A stretch of 63,425 nt of DNA, filler included, from Reclinomonas americana ATCC 50394 (taxonomy: Eukaryota), in the NCBI GenBank assembly GCA_048213135.1. It is 8 parts of 5 records of this genome, joined end to end, with 100 filler letters (N's around TTAATTAATTAA, not from the genome) between each part and the next. Parts side by side here need not be neighbours in the genome. Positions count along the whole stretch, not along the records: positions 48,446 to 55,807 come from PS015024.1; positions 55,908 to 58,164 come from PS015025.1; positions 58,265 to 61,893 come from PS015025.1; positions 61,994 to 63,425 come from PS015026.1; 4 more parts are not named here. One strand, written 5' to 3'. The notes under the pieces were generated by a model. It ran no database searches. It saw nothing but the letters and a program-made list of their open reading frames with translations, and had not been told where the DNA came from. Below, piece by piece: positions 51,401 through 63,425 of the stretch (position 1 is its first letter; every line of letters begins with the position of its first letter). The position numbers and the translations under genes are program-made.

Positions 51401-53513
51401 CAGCAGCGACATGGACGGCAGCGACGGCAGCGGCGGGATTAGAGAGGCAGCTGCGGCGTCCACCGACATGGTTGCGGAGTCCGCATGTGGTGCCGACATG
51501 GCCGACACGGCGCGCGGAGGCAACAGCAGTGGCCGTGAGCGATGCTTCTCCGTGGCGAGCATCCGCACCAGCTTGTAGGGTGCCAGGTGATGCAGCACCG
51601 GGTCACGCAATTGGTGCTGCTGGTCATGAAATGGTGGGGCGCGAGGGCGCTGTGTGAAGGGTAATTAAAATGAGCACAAGTGGCGGGGCTCACACACACA
51701 AATACTCAAAAAGCAAGGAGACAAACCGTCAGCAGTTTCGACACATCGCTGGGTCCCGATGAACGACGCGTCGACACCGATCCACCGGCGAATGGTGGAG
51801 GCGGCGGCACTTGTGGCGCACCAAACATGGGTGAGAAGGATGCGCCCAGTGCCGAGGCGGCCGATGCGTGTGGCAAGTCCGCTCGATCGACGGCATTCAT
51901 CATCAGCACGTCGGGGAGCATTGTCGACGAGGCCGACGATGAGCGCGTGTGCGGGTGGTGCGCACCACCCACAAACGACAGCGGCGGCGGCGGCGGCACG
52001 AGCGTCGACGACAGCGGTGGTGGAAGCAGCGGCGGCGGTGACGAATCCGACGTCACCGACGTGGTGGTCACACTCGTGGAGGTGCCGTGCGAGCTCGCAC
52101 GGCGTGTGGTCGGTGTCGACGCCGCAAACGGTGAGTGCTGACTGTGCGACTTGTGCGAGCCAGCCGCCGGTCGAGGCGGTGGCGCGGGAGTGAGAGAAAT
52201 GCGGGAGAGCACGGCGGCCGACCGACTGCCCTTGTTGGCACCGGAAGGCGACGACGGCCCATCGCCCTTCTTGACACGTGCGCTGGCGGCCACGGCCTCC
52301 GCAGCCACAATCGCAAACGAATCCGGATCGGTGACCTCTTTCGGTGGCGCCAGCAAGCACGGAGGAACTGCTGGACGTGCGGAAGAAGTTAAGGAGTGAC
52401 AAAATATGGGTACTCGCATCTGGCAAGACATCAAGAGACAAAAGGATATTGTTCAGTGGAAAGTACGACGACAGGCCGCGCAACGTCCAGTAGCCTGCAC
52501 AACACACGAGAGAAAAAAGGTTGAGTGTGTGTGGTGATAAAGATACGGAATGGGGAGGGGGTTGACAGCACCAGATTCCAAGCCAACTTCAACACTCGAT
52601 TGAAAAATGGGTCTCCGTGTGGTGATGCTGGCCGAAATCGTGTTGGGCCACGTTGATGTGCCTGGCGAACACGAACGGGTGAGGGGAGTGGTAGTGTACA
52701 CAAAGGGAAACAAACAACGAAACGAGTCTTGTCGTAGCACACAAGTCGCCAGTGCTTGTCAATGTAGTTGCAGATCTCGGAGGTCTTGAAGAAGCGCCGG
52801 CAGTCGGTGAGCGCGTGCTCCACAATGAGACGGAAGAGCGCGATACGAGCACACTCGGACCACTTGCGCCCGAGCATCTCAAAGCGCTCCACTGCACCCG
52901 ACGCGCCACCACCACTGGCGGCAGCTGCAGCGGCGGCAGCAGCAGCCGCCGCACGCTTCTTGGAAGAGCCACTGCCGGCGCCCGCATTGCAATTGGCGCA
53001 GGTGAACTTGTAGAACGTGTCGCCAATGCCAATGGGCACCGAGTCGCCACCCATCTTCAAGCAGCCTGCAAACAAAGCATCAGCTATAGTGTGTGTGCGC
53101 GCGCGAAATGCACCCCATCAATCATCATCACAGGCGACTAATTTATCCCCCCCACCCACACACACACATGAATGGTGCGCGCGCGCGCTCGTGTGTGAGA
53201 GAGTGAGTACGCAACTCTTGTGATACATGCCACCGCACGAGTCGCAGCACAGCATCGGGTCCGCTCTGTATCGACACACTCATCAGAAATCAAAATGCAT
53301 GCATGCCACACACACGCAAAGCACAAGCGTACGTGTGTGTGTGTGTGAGAGAGAGAGAGAGTGCACAAGTGCGTGTGCGTGTGTATCTCTCTGCAAACGC
53401 AACAATCGATACCCTCCATCGCAGTAGCAGTAGACATCATCGTCGCGAAAGGCAAACTTTGCAAACACGTCCACCTCTTGCGCCGACAGGTCTTCCTTGT
53501 TCTTGCGACCCAT
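48445..53513 (-). CDS. Chromatin protein: PHD + winged helix (KAT14/ASH2L N-terminal-like) + BAH domain; 3'-truncated
   Basis: YCYC, MLCCDSC..YH, GDTFYKFTCANC, ICNYIDKHW, TSTWPNTISASI and GYWTL. BAH motifs: VFLNDFVLL, FIGRWFYRP, ELFVT and YRGYD. Confidence 0.8.
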
Positions 53514-53524
53514 CTTCTCTCCTC

Positions 53525-53563
<39 letters not shown>

Positions 53564-53788
53564 GACGAGTGTGTGTCAGAGAGCAAGAGAGACACACACA
53601 CACACGTGCGCAAGACGGTGTGCGCGCGCAAGACAATGTGCGCGGTGAGGAATGCAGACGTGAGCTGTGAACACAATGCGCCTCGCACACACGCGCGCTT
53701 TGCAATGCACGGACAATCGCCAGCGCCACGTCACCCTCCACTGTCCACTTGCACATCTATTTCACGCATCGTGTGAGCAAAAGAGAAC

Positions 53789-54442
53789 ATGGGATCCTCA
53801 TCATCATCATCACAGTCGGAGCAGCAGCAGTACGCGAGCAATGGAGACGAGCGCGCAGCCATGATGCGCCGCTCTCCGTGGCAGCACGGACGCGGCAATG
53901 TGCCGACCATGGAGGGCGAGGAGATTGACGCGTTTGACCCGCGCTCTCCCCTCGCACGCCGCACACCGCTCAAGTACGCCATTGAGGTGCAAGACCGCAA
54001 GAAGAAGCCAGTGGAGGATGCAGCTGGTGAGTTGGAGAGCGAGTTGTCTTGCGCGGAAATGTGAGACACTGACGCGTGCCATGTGCGTGCTGTGTGCGCA
54101 GAGTTGCATGTGCGACAGCCGCAGTTGGACACGGCGCCTACACACGCGCCTAGCCGCTTCGCACCTGCGCCTCCTGCGGTCGCAGAAGACGAAGGCGTGG
54201 CGAGTGCCAGCGACAGCGACGGAGAAGACGATGGCAGGAGCCCGTTGGCGTCCGTTGCGGTCATTGGAGGCATGTTGTCGAGCATGAGCAACAGCAACAG
54301 CAGCAAGGGCATTAGTGCGCCGGGTACGCCGTCCAAGCTGGCGCCGGTGCCGGCCTTCCATCGCAACTCGCCAGTGGCGAGTGGTGGCAGTGGTCGGCGG
54401 TACTCGGATGCGGTGCCTTCGTCGCCCTCGCGCTCGCGATGA
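53789..54442 (+). CDS. CDCA3/TOME-1-like small protein
   Basis: N-myristoylation-like start MGSSSS and DPRSPLARRTP motif; one intron at about 54026-54102. Confidence 0.55.
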
Positions 54443-54779
54443 TCTTTTTTTTAGAGGTCCTTTTCGTCTCTTGTGTGTACCGCGGCCCTTGCGAGGAGCG
54501 AGAGGTGTAGAAGCGGAGAGCTTTTTTTGTGTGTTTTTGTCGATTATTTTTGATTATGTAATGTACGTCCCCAACAGTGGCTGTGATTTTGATATGGTTC
54601 ACTGCTCGTGCACATGTACGCACATAGCGATGCACTCATTAGTCCTCCTTTGGTGGTGGTGGTCCGCACGGTTGCAGCATTTTCTGTGTCGGAGAAAATG
54701 CACGCGGTGAGCATGTGTCGAATATTCTCTGTTCAACGTAAGTCTCTGTCGCATTAACAGCACTTGCATTCTGCCTCGG

Positions 54780-55807
54780 TCTGTGCAGTCGTACTCCAAC
54801 AGTCCTCAATCGGTCCCTACTGTCGTCCTTCCTTGTATTATCTTCTCTCTGCTCCTTCATTCCTCTGTCGTGCAGCTTTCTTGTTCTCGCCATGCACTCT
54901 GTGCATTTCAAGTCTCTTTCTCTCTCTCCTGCACTTTACCTCAATCTCTACTATCGTCCTTCTCGGCTTGCTCTCTGTCTTCTCTGTTCCTTCATTCCTC
55001 TGTCGCGCAGCTTTGCTGTGCTCTCCATCTTCTTCCCTCGCCCTTTCGCATTCACAGCTTCTCGCCTTGCATTGTATGTCATTGCAAGCCTCATTCACTC
55101 TCCCACACTGCTGTCTTCCTTCTCAGTCTTCTCCCTTCATACTCCCGTGGCCCTGCAGTTTTCCATGTCACCTTGCATCCTGTTCTCAATGTGCTCTCTG
55201 CTCCTCACTCTCTCCCTTCACTCTGCCTCAGTTTCTGCACCATTGCAGCTCTCCCTCCCAAGATATTGTCTCGCCTGGTGTCTTCCGTCTCGCCCTGCTT
55301 TCTGCGCATCGCAAGCCTCATTCTCTCTCTCTCTGCACACATTCTGTTCCTGCACCGTATCTCCACTGCCTTCCTTCTCGCTTCGCTTTCTGTACTCTCT
55401 TGTTCCTGCTGTCTTCCTTCTCGCCTTGCATTCTGTTTTGTGTCCTCTTGATCTTCTTCCCTCGCCCTTTCTCATTCATAGCTACTTGTCTTGCATCCTG
55501 TTCATCGCAAGTCTCCCTCCATTCATGCCGCCTCAGTCCTTGCAGTCTTTCTCACCCTGCTTTCTGCTCATCAATAGCCTCATTCCCACCCTCAACAACA
55601 CACTCTCTGCTTCGGATCCTGCAGTCTTGCTTCTCGCCTTGCTTTCTGTCACCCTCCCTTCTCGTTGTCTTGTATCCTTGTTGTCTTTTTTCTCGAATCG
55701 CATTCTGTTCATCGCAAGTCTCTATCCCTTCATGCTGCCTCCGGCCCTGCAGTCTCTTCTCGCAATGCTTCTGTTCTGTGTACTCTCTCCCCCTCCCTCC
55801 CTCCCCT
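54780..55807. repeat. Degenerate pyrimidine-rich low-complexity repeat
   Basis: Recurring ctcgccttgcatt, cttgcatcctgttc and atcgcaagtctc fragments in CT-rich sequence. Confidence 0.6.
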
Positions 55808-56280
55808 NNNNNNNNNNNNNNNNNNNNNNNNNNNNNNNNNNNNNNNNNNNNTTAATTAATTAANNNNNNNNNNNNNNNNNNNNNNNNNNNNNNNNNNNNN
55901 NNNNNNNAGAGAGAGAGAGAGAGAAGTGAGGAGTGTGGAAGCCAGAAGCGAGTGGGAAGCGAGGGCGAAGAGAGCAGCAAAGCGAGCGGATGTGAGAGAG
56001 TGGGAAGAGAGGGACACACGCAAGACGAGAGTGGATACGTGAGGGATGAGAGAAGAGCGAGTGGACGAGTGAGAGAATGCAGAAGCAAGTGAATGAGAGC
56101 CAGAACGATCCATGAATCGGCATTAGGATGTGAGTAACTGAGCGGATGAACAAATGAGAGTAAGGAGAGGGTGTGTGAAAGCAAGTGAGGAGCGAGAGTG
56201 TGACAATGTGAGCAACCGAGCGAATGAGAGAGTGATGCAGTGCTGGTGCCAGACTCCCTCCGCCTCACAAAAAATACGCA

Positions 56281-56420
56281 CCACAAATCCCAGTCTCGTG
56301 TTCAGGGCATACGCAAAGAACGAACCCGCATCGCCTCGCGTCACCGACGCCGTGTGATACGCGTAACCAGCCGCCGCCATTAATGAAAGCCCATAATACG
56401 CAGTCGCAGAAGACGACATT
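56281..56420 (-). CDS. Exon of a membrane protein (N-terminal TM segment; weak resemblance to HRD1/AMFR-type E3 ligases)
   Basis: MSSSATAYYGLSLMAAAGYAYH...RLGFV followed by a GTGCGT donor. The remainder is lost in low-complexity sequence and a gap. Confidence 0.3.
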
Positions 56421-56694
56421 GACGTCATCTGTGTGGGAGAGAGAGAGAGAGAGAGACAGAGAGTGAGAAGAGGAGAGAGAGCAGCCAAACACGCACACTA
56501 ACATGTGAGAGAGTGGGTGAGAGAGAGAGAGAGTGCGAGAGCGTATTGGAGAGGCATTGGTGTGTGTGTGTGTGTGTGTGCGTGTGTGTGTGTGTCTGTC
56601 TGTCTGTCTCATACTACACACACTCTCACACACTCTCACACACACTCTCACACTCTCACTCATTTCTCACCCTCCACTGTTCTCACAAACACAG

Positions 56695-56730
<36 letters not shown>

Positions 56731-57798
56731 TCACACACACATATACACACACTCACACACTCACACATTGTCTCTCTTATTTCTTACCCTGCACTGTTCT
56801 CAGCCTCTCTCTCTCTCACACACACTCACACATTGTCTCTCTCATTTCTCACCCAGCAAAGTTCTCTCTCCTTCTCTCTCTCTCCTCACTCACTCGCACA
56901 CTCACCGCTCCCCCTCTCACACCACACCCAACTCAGCGGACCAACGGAAATCTAACGGTCCGGACGGGCCCGCTCCTCTCTCTCTCTGTCTTCTTCCTCT
57001 NNNNNNNNNNNNNNNNNNNNNNNNNNNNNNNNNNNNNNNNNNNNNNNNNNNNNNNNNNNNNNNNNNNNNNNNNNNNNNNNNNNNNNNNNNNNNNNNNNNN
57101 NNNNNNNNNNNNNNNNNNNNNNNNNNNNNNNNNNNNNNNNNNNNNNNNNNNNNNNNNNNNNNNNNNNNNNNNNNNNNNNNNNNNNNNNNNNNNNNNNNNN
57201 NNNNNNNNNNNNNNNNNNNNNNNNNNNNNNNNNNNNNNNNNNNNNNNNNNNNNNNNNNNNNNNNNNNNNNNNNNNNNNNNNNNNNNNNNNNNNNNNNNNN
57301 NNNNNNNNNNNNNNNNNNNNNNNNNNNNNNNNNNNNNNNNNNNNNNNNNNNNNNNNNNNNNNNNNNNNNNNNNNNNNNNNNNNNNNNNNNNNNNNNNNNN
57401 NNNNNNNNNNNNNNNNNNNNNNNNNNNNNNNNNNNNNNNNNNNNNNNNNNNNNNNNNNNNNNNNNNNNNNNNNNNNNNNNNNNNNNNNNNNNNNNNNNNN
57501 NNNNNNNNNNNNNNNNNNNNNNNNNNNNNNNNNNNNNNNNNNNNNNNNNNNNNNNNNNNNNNNNNNNNNNNNNNNNNNNNNNNNNNNNNNNNNNNNNNNN
57601 NNNNNNNNNNNNNNNNNNNNNNNNNNNNNNNNNNNNNNNNNNNNNNNNNNNNNNNNNNNNNNNNNNNNNNNNNNNNNNNNNNNNNNNNNNNNNNNNNNNN
57701 NNNNNNNNNNNNNNNNNNNNNNNNNNNNNNNNNNNNNNNNNNNNNNNNNNNNNNNNNNNNNNNNNNNNNNNNNNNNNNNNCTTCTTCCTCGTGTGCGA

Positions 57799-60480
57799 AT
57801 GGAGGAGAGTGGTGACAGCGCACTAATCGCCGTTGCAGACGCAGCCGCCGTCGTATACGATCCGGCGTTTGAGTTTGCGGCGCCCAAGTACGTCGACTTT
57901 GAGAAGCCGATTGCACAGACGCCCTCGCCACTGTTGCGCCTCTCTCTCTCTCTCTTCCTCTCCTGCTGTGTGCGCATATACAGTTGCGCTTATGTAAAGA
58001 GTGAGCGAGCGCAGATCGCAGGCGTGGTTCACGTACGCGCACTCGGCACACGAACCGGCACCCGGCGTGCAACGATCGCGTCCGGAACCGCTCCTGTCGC
58101 CACTCACACTGCAACAGGTGCGACTGGAGTTCCAGCAGAAGCAGCTGCAGTATGAGCAGCAACTNNNNNNNNNNNNNNNNNNNNNNNNNNNNNNNNNNNN
58201 NNNNNNNNTTAATTAATTAANNNNNNNNNNNNNNNNNNNNNNNNNNNNNNNNNNNNNNNNNNNNGGCACAGCAGCAGGCACCGATGAGTGGGGGCAAGAG
58301 TCGCGTGCCGCCTTCGCATCGTCCGCCACCAGTGCCCGACGTGGAGAACATCAACCCTTCTTCTTCGATGTTGTTATCGCCGCCCTTTGTCGGTGCAGTG
58401 GCGGGCAAGATTGGTGCGATGGTGTCGCCCACCACTCCACCGCTGATGACAGCGATGACGACGACGACACCGCGATCGTTTGGAGGATCGGCGTCGCGAG
58501 TGCCCGGGCCGCAATCGATTGGCAAGTCGTCGTCTTCGTCGTCGTCTGTGCAGCAGATGGAGTCGGCGACGAAGCGGCGGTTGAATGCGAGTATGGGAGG
58601 CACACCGGGTGCGTTGCGAACAGTGACTGCGTGGAGGAGATTCTCGAGCTTATTCGTGTTGTAGGCAAGCCGACGATTGTGGGAGGGCGAGCGTTGTTTC
58701 AGGAGGAAGGGGCGACGACGACGGCAACGACGACTCCGCGAAAGACGCCACGGCCTACGCGACGCGCGCCAAAGGTGGCGTTTGGTGGGGCGGAGGAGAC
58801 GACGGGAGCTGTGGCACCGGCGTCGTCGTTCATGTTGCGCTTTTTTTGTAGATGTGTTCGCTCTTCCGCGGGAGAGTGCGTGGGCTTCTCACGCGTCTTT
58901 ATTGTCGTCTCACAGTGGAGCATTGAGCGATGCGAGTGACGCGGCGGGTGGGAGTGCACGAAAGCGACCGTCCAAGAGGCCACCGGCGACGCCGACTGCG
59001 CCGGAGCGAGTGACAACGCCCGTGAGACCACCACCGTCGGTGCCGGTCGCGGAGAGTGTTCGACCTGCCACTCTGCCGGCCAAGACCACTCCTGCTCCTA
59101 CAGCGGCTGCTGTGGGCGCGGCAGTGCAGGCGCAGTCGATTGATGTGGCGTTTGCGTCGTTTTCGGCCTTCTTGCGATCGCCAGGGGCACCGACACCGCC
59201 GCCGCCACCATCACACAGCCGCGCGGCAGCACTGACCACACCGCCCCCCGCCATGCAAGACAATTGGATGGCAGAGGGTCCGGGCAGTGCCTCCAAGGGC
59301 GGTCCACCCAGGCGACCGGCTCCCTCACCCGCGCAGCTGACTGTGCCTCCACCGGCACCATCACAGCTGCAGCAGTCTTCATTCTCCGCCCCGCCGTCGC
59401 CCAGGCGCAGCTCGACATCGCCACAGCCGGCGCGCTCCTTTAGTTCGCGTCACACTCCAGATGCACTGGCATCGCGCTCCAGAGCGACGACGCAGCCGCC
59501 CACGTCCATGTCAACGTCGGCGACTGCCACTTCACAGACGGCAACACAACTCAAGGCCGCTCTCGATCTCGCCTTTAGCCGCCACCACGCGGTCGCCGCC
59601 GCCGCCACCACAACCGCACCGACAGCACCGGCCGCAGTCAGCAGGCCGCAGCCGCCACCACCACCACAGCAGCCGATGGCTCCACCAGCGCCCGCCTTCT
59701 CCGACAGTCCACCGGCGCCGCCACGGCGGCTGGATTTCTCTGTGGCTGCCACCAACGCGCTGACCCAGCCGGCCACGGCCAGTCGTCCGACCTTTGTGGC
59801 CCCGCAGCCGCCGGCCGCCACCTTTGCTGTGATCCAGGATCCGCTGGCGTTGCCGCCCAACATGTTTTTGCCGCGACGTGGCGACAGCTCCCTCTCGTCC
59901 GTGTCGTCGGTGGAGTCGGCGTCGTCGGTGGCCACGCTGGCCAGCTACTCGAGCACGGCCAGCAGCAGTTCACTGAAGCAGACCACGGCCGGCCGCTTGG
60001 CCCCGATGGCCAGCTTGAACGACTTGCTAAACATGCACACGGGTGGCACGACGTCGGCCCGTGCCCCACCGCCCCCGGCCATCACCTTTAACTCGTCCCT
60101 CAATGTCACGTCGTCGTCGCTGTCGTTTGCGCCGTCGGCACTTGGTGGCGGAGCGAAGCGGGTGCAGGCCGGATTCGGGTTGAGCGATCTGGTGGGACCG
60201 GGGCGTGCAGCGGCCGCCGGTGTGAGCACCACCATGGCGAGTGGAGGGGGAATGGCGGTGATGCATGCTTCGCAGGTGTGTGTGCATGAAAGGGGAAGAG
60301 GGAGAGAGAGGAGTGTGCTCACTGTCTTTTTTTTCCCTGTAGCCCATGTCGTTTGCGTCGGGGTTGAGCTCGTCTGTTGGCGGCGGGGCGGCGGCGGGTC
60401 AACGGTCGTCCAAGTCGAATGTGAGGAGGAGTATGGTGGGTCTGCGGCCGGAGGATATGCTGGGGAAGGATTTGACAGGT
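57799..60480 (+). CDS. Low-complexity protein with an N-terminal TPX2-like Aurora-binding motif; spans the linker at 58209; 3' end uncertain
   Basis: YDPAFEFAAPKYVDF followed by AWF...HE resembles TPX2-family N-termini. A long S/P/A-rich remainder follows. Confidence 0.55.
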
Positions 60481-61041
60481 GAGGAAGGAAGGGGAGATCA
60501 GGGGAGGGGGGAGGAGGGGGAAGGGGTGATTGGAGAAGGGGGGATGGGGGAGGGTGTTGGGGAAGGTTAGCAGGGGAAAACAATCTTTGGGACGCGTGTT
60601 TGGGAAGCGTGTTGGGAGGAGAAATGTAATGGGGTGTATTGAGAAGGCAGTGCTGGGAGCCTTGGTCAACTCGGTGGGGTTGCGCTCGTCCTTCTCATTC
60701 TTTTATTGGGAAGGAGACAAGAGGAATATCTGGTGAATGGTGTTTGGGAAGCGTGTTAGGGAGGAGAATTGATGTGAAGGGGTGTTGGGGAAGGGGATTG
60801 GGCTTGGTCAACTCGTTGTGAGTTGGAAAAGGAGATTGGACGTCACTAACCATGAACCGCGCGCGCACAGATATGCTGGCCAAGCACAATCAAAAGTTTA
60901 GGTGATGGGCAAACAACTACCTCACCGACCTCTGTATGTGTGTGTGTGTGTGAAGTTTTGTAATGAGTGTGTGTGAGTGTGTGTGCATAAAGAAAATGTC
61001 GTTTTGCCAATCGCCATGATCAGTGTGCATTGCACGCAATA

Positions 61042-61678
61042 TCAGTATCCCTTTCCGGGCTTCTCCGGCGCCGCTTGCGGATTGTAGGGTGGCGGCGGTG
61101 GAGCCGGCTGCATGGCTCCATACGTCGGCCCGGGTGTCGTATGATACTGCGGTGGTGGGCTGACCAAGATGGGCTCGTTTGCCGGGTTCGGGGTGTAATA
61201 CGGCGGCGGTGGTGGCTGTTGCACTGGGTACTGCTGATATCCGTATGCTCCGGGTGGTGGTGGTGGTGGCGGCTGCATCTGCATGGCACCGTACGGCTGC
61301 GGGGGGTAGCCGACAGCCGGCGGAGGCATCGGCTGGCCGTAGAGGCCCGCCATTGGGGGCGGTGGGGCGCTGTGAGACGTGGGCGGCATGACAAACGTCG
61401 GGTCGGTGGCTGGGGGGGAAGGGTATGAGAGTGGGAGTGCAGGAAGGGCGGAGGGTGCGGAACTCACCCGGGTCAGTGACGTGCACTTCGAGCTGGCAAA
61501 GAGGAAAGTGTGAGAGAAGAATGAGCCAAGAGAGGGCGACAGTTTTGACAAGGATACGAACCCAGATGTGTGTAATGTTGCCGCCTTGCAGTTGTCCGTG
61601 GCCGGGCTTGAGGGTGAGGCCGCGGCCCAGGAGTGCCGCTCGTCGCTCAAACGAGAATTGCATCAGGGCATCGTACAT
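61042..61678 (-). CDS. Hypothetical protein with a proline/tyrosine-rich C-terminus, 5'-partial
   Basis: Exons lead to PPQPYG/PPPPYY repeats and a stop at 61042. Confidence 0.6.
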
Positions 61679-61997
61679 CTGCGAAGGGGGAGGGGGATGG
61701 GAGGGGGGAAGGGGGAAGGTGGGGAAGTGGGGGGAGTGGGGAAAGTGGGGAAAGTGGGGGAAGTGGGGGAAGTGGGGGAAGTGGGGGAAGTGGGGAAAGT
61801 GGGGAAAGTGGGGAGAAGAGGGGAAAGTGGGAGAAGTGGGGGAGAAGTGGGGGAAGAAGGGGAAGTGGGGGAGAAGTGGGTGAAGTTGGTGAANNNNNNN
61901 NNNNNNNNNNNNNNNNNNNNNNNNNNNNNNNNNNNNNTTAATTAATTAANNNNNNNNNNNNNNNNNNNNNNNNNNNNNNNNNNNNNNNNNNNNGTGT

Positions 61998-63359
61998 TGG
62001 TCGCAAGCCTGGTGCGATCATCTCTCCCTTCCTCTCTGTGCCTCCTGTGTGGTGAGGGCGATTGCTGATCTCTGTGTGTGGTGTGTGTAGGACTGGCGAC
62101 GATCTTGGTTGGGCATCGGCCGGACTCGGCCACGTATGTGCGCGCCAAGCGACGTGCTGCCGAGGTCTCAACTTGTCTTTGCCCCCCTGGTGTCGTGGTG
62201 TAGTCTGTGCTGACGAACAATCCGTGTAGGAGTGCCACTTTGTGGATCTTCACGAGAGTCTGCCCGACAACACATCGCAGGCGGAGCTTCAGGAGATCAT
62301 TCGGTGTGTGCTGAGAGGGGAGGCGTGTGTGTATGTGTGTGCCTTGATGTGGGTGGCTTACAACGAGAGTAATCCCGATCAGACAACTGAATGCCAACGA
62401 TATGTGCGACGGAATCCTTCTCCAGCTGCCACTGCCGTCACATCTCAATGGTGCGCGTGTGTGCTTGTGGGTGTGGGGTGCATGGGGAGGACTGTGGATC
62501 ACCGTGTGGCGAGAGATTCCCTGATTCTGACTCGCTGGTGTGACGCACAGAGCGTGCGGCGATCATGGCCATTGATCCGAGCAAAGACGTTGACGGCTTC
62601 CACCCGATCAACTCCGGATTGTTGATGCAGAAGCAGGAGTGCTTTGTGCCGTGCACGCCAATGGGCATCATTGGTGCGTGTGTGAGAGAGGGAGCGATTG
62701 ATGATCCCGATTTTCGCCATTCTCTAACGGACACTCGTTGTGTGTATTTTTCCGCTTGTCGCAGAGTTGTTGACGAGAAGGTGTGGTGGCTTGTGCTCCA
62801 TCTCTCTCGTGTGTGCATTGTGGTCATGTAGTACTCACTATTATGCTCCCACAGTAACATCAAGATCGCGGGCGCACACGCTGCCGTGATTGGACGATCG
62901 AACATTGTCGGGCTGCCGGTGGCCATGTTGTTGCAGCAGCGCAACGCCACGGTCACCATCTGCCACTCGCAGACGCCGAACTTGCCGGAGGAGGTCAGCC
63001 GCGCCGACATTGTGGTGGCGGCCATTGGCAAGGCCTGCTACGTGCAGGGATCGTGGATCAAGCCGGGCGCCACCGTCATTGACGTGGGTATCAACGCCGT
63101 GCCCGACGCGACCAAGAAGCGCGGCTACCGCCTCGTCGGCGACGTCGACTACGATACGGCCAGCAAGGTGGCGGGTGCCATTACTCCCGGTATGTGTGCT
63201 GATCTTTATAGGTAAACTCGCTGCTCTGTGTTTTGACCCCCTTGCCCCGCAGTGCCCGGCGGTGTCGGCCCAATGACGATTGCCATGCTGCTAAAGTCGA
63301 CTCTGTGGGGTGCTGAGCGGCGCGTGGCTCTCACCGAGGCCGACTTTGAGGCGGCGTGA
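61998..63359 (+). CDS. folD: Bifunctional methylene-THF dehydrogenase/cyclohydrolase, 5'-partial
   Basis: [56 protein letters not shown] and [15 protein letters not shown]. Confidence 0.96.
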
Positions 63360-63425
63360 GCGTGCGCGCAAGCTGGTGTTGCTTGTTTCTCTTTCTGAGT
63401 GCCGCCACTCCTTTGTTGAGTTGTT

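Noticed and set aside
54764-55863. Long S/L/C-rich ORFs, and many HT/RE/CV-repeat ORFs elsewhere in the track
   Set aside because: These are by-products of CT and CA microsatellites, N runs or antisense frames.

Overview
Eukaryotic, intron-dense, GC-rich genomic DNA, probably from a flagellated protist (it encodes IQUB). Contigs are joined by N-padded TTAATTAATTAA linkers and introns are mostly about 60-90 nt. Hand-spliced genes: two tandem half-size ABCG transporters (about 60 introns together), an RlmM/FtsJ-like methyltransferase, a protein with about 32 copies of a 26-aa repeat, an NLR-like NACHT-pentapeptide-WD40 gene, IQUB, a DYRK kinase, two PH-domain genes, a duplicated Reb1/TTF1/DMTF1-like Myb gene, a PHD/winged-helix+BAH chromatin gene, CDCA3-like and TPX2-motif genes, FolD and several ORFans. 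Main signals: (1) a second major class of 5' splice site, GTTNNG(T), shifted one nt relative to GTNNGT and used almost whenever the exon does not end in G (about 25 cases across most contigs), together with 5-8-nt microexons, a conserved GC-AG intron and one AT-AC or GA-AG intron; (2) an NLR whose N-terminus shares a repeat motif with the adjacent gene. All splice sites are inferred from protein conservation and reading frame, not from RNA data.
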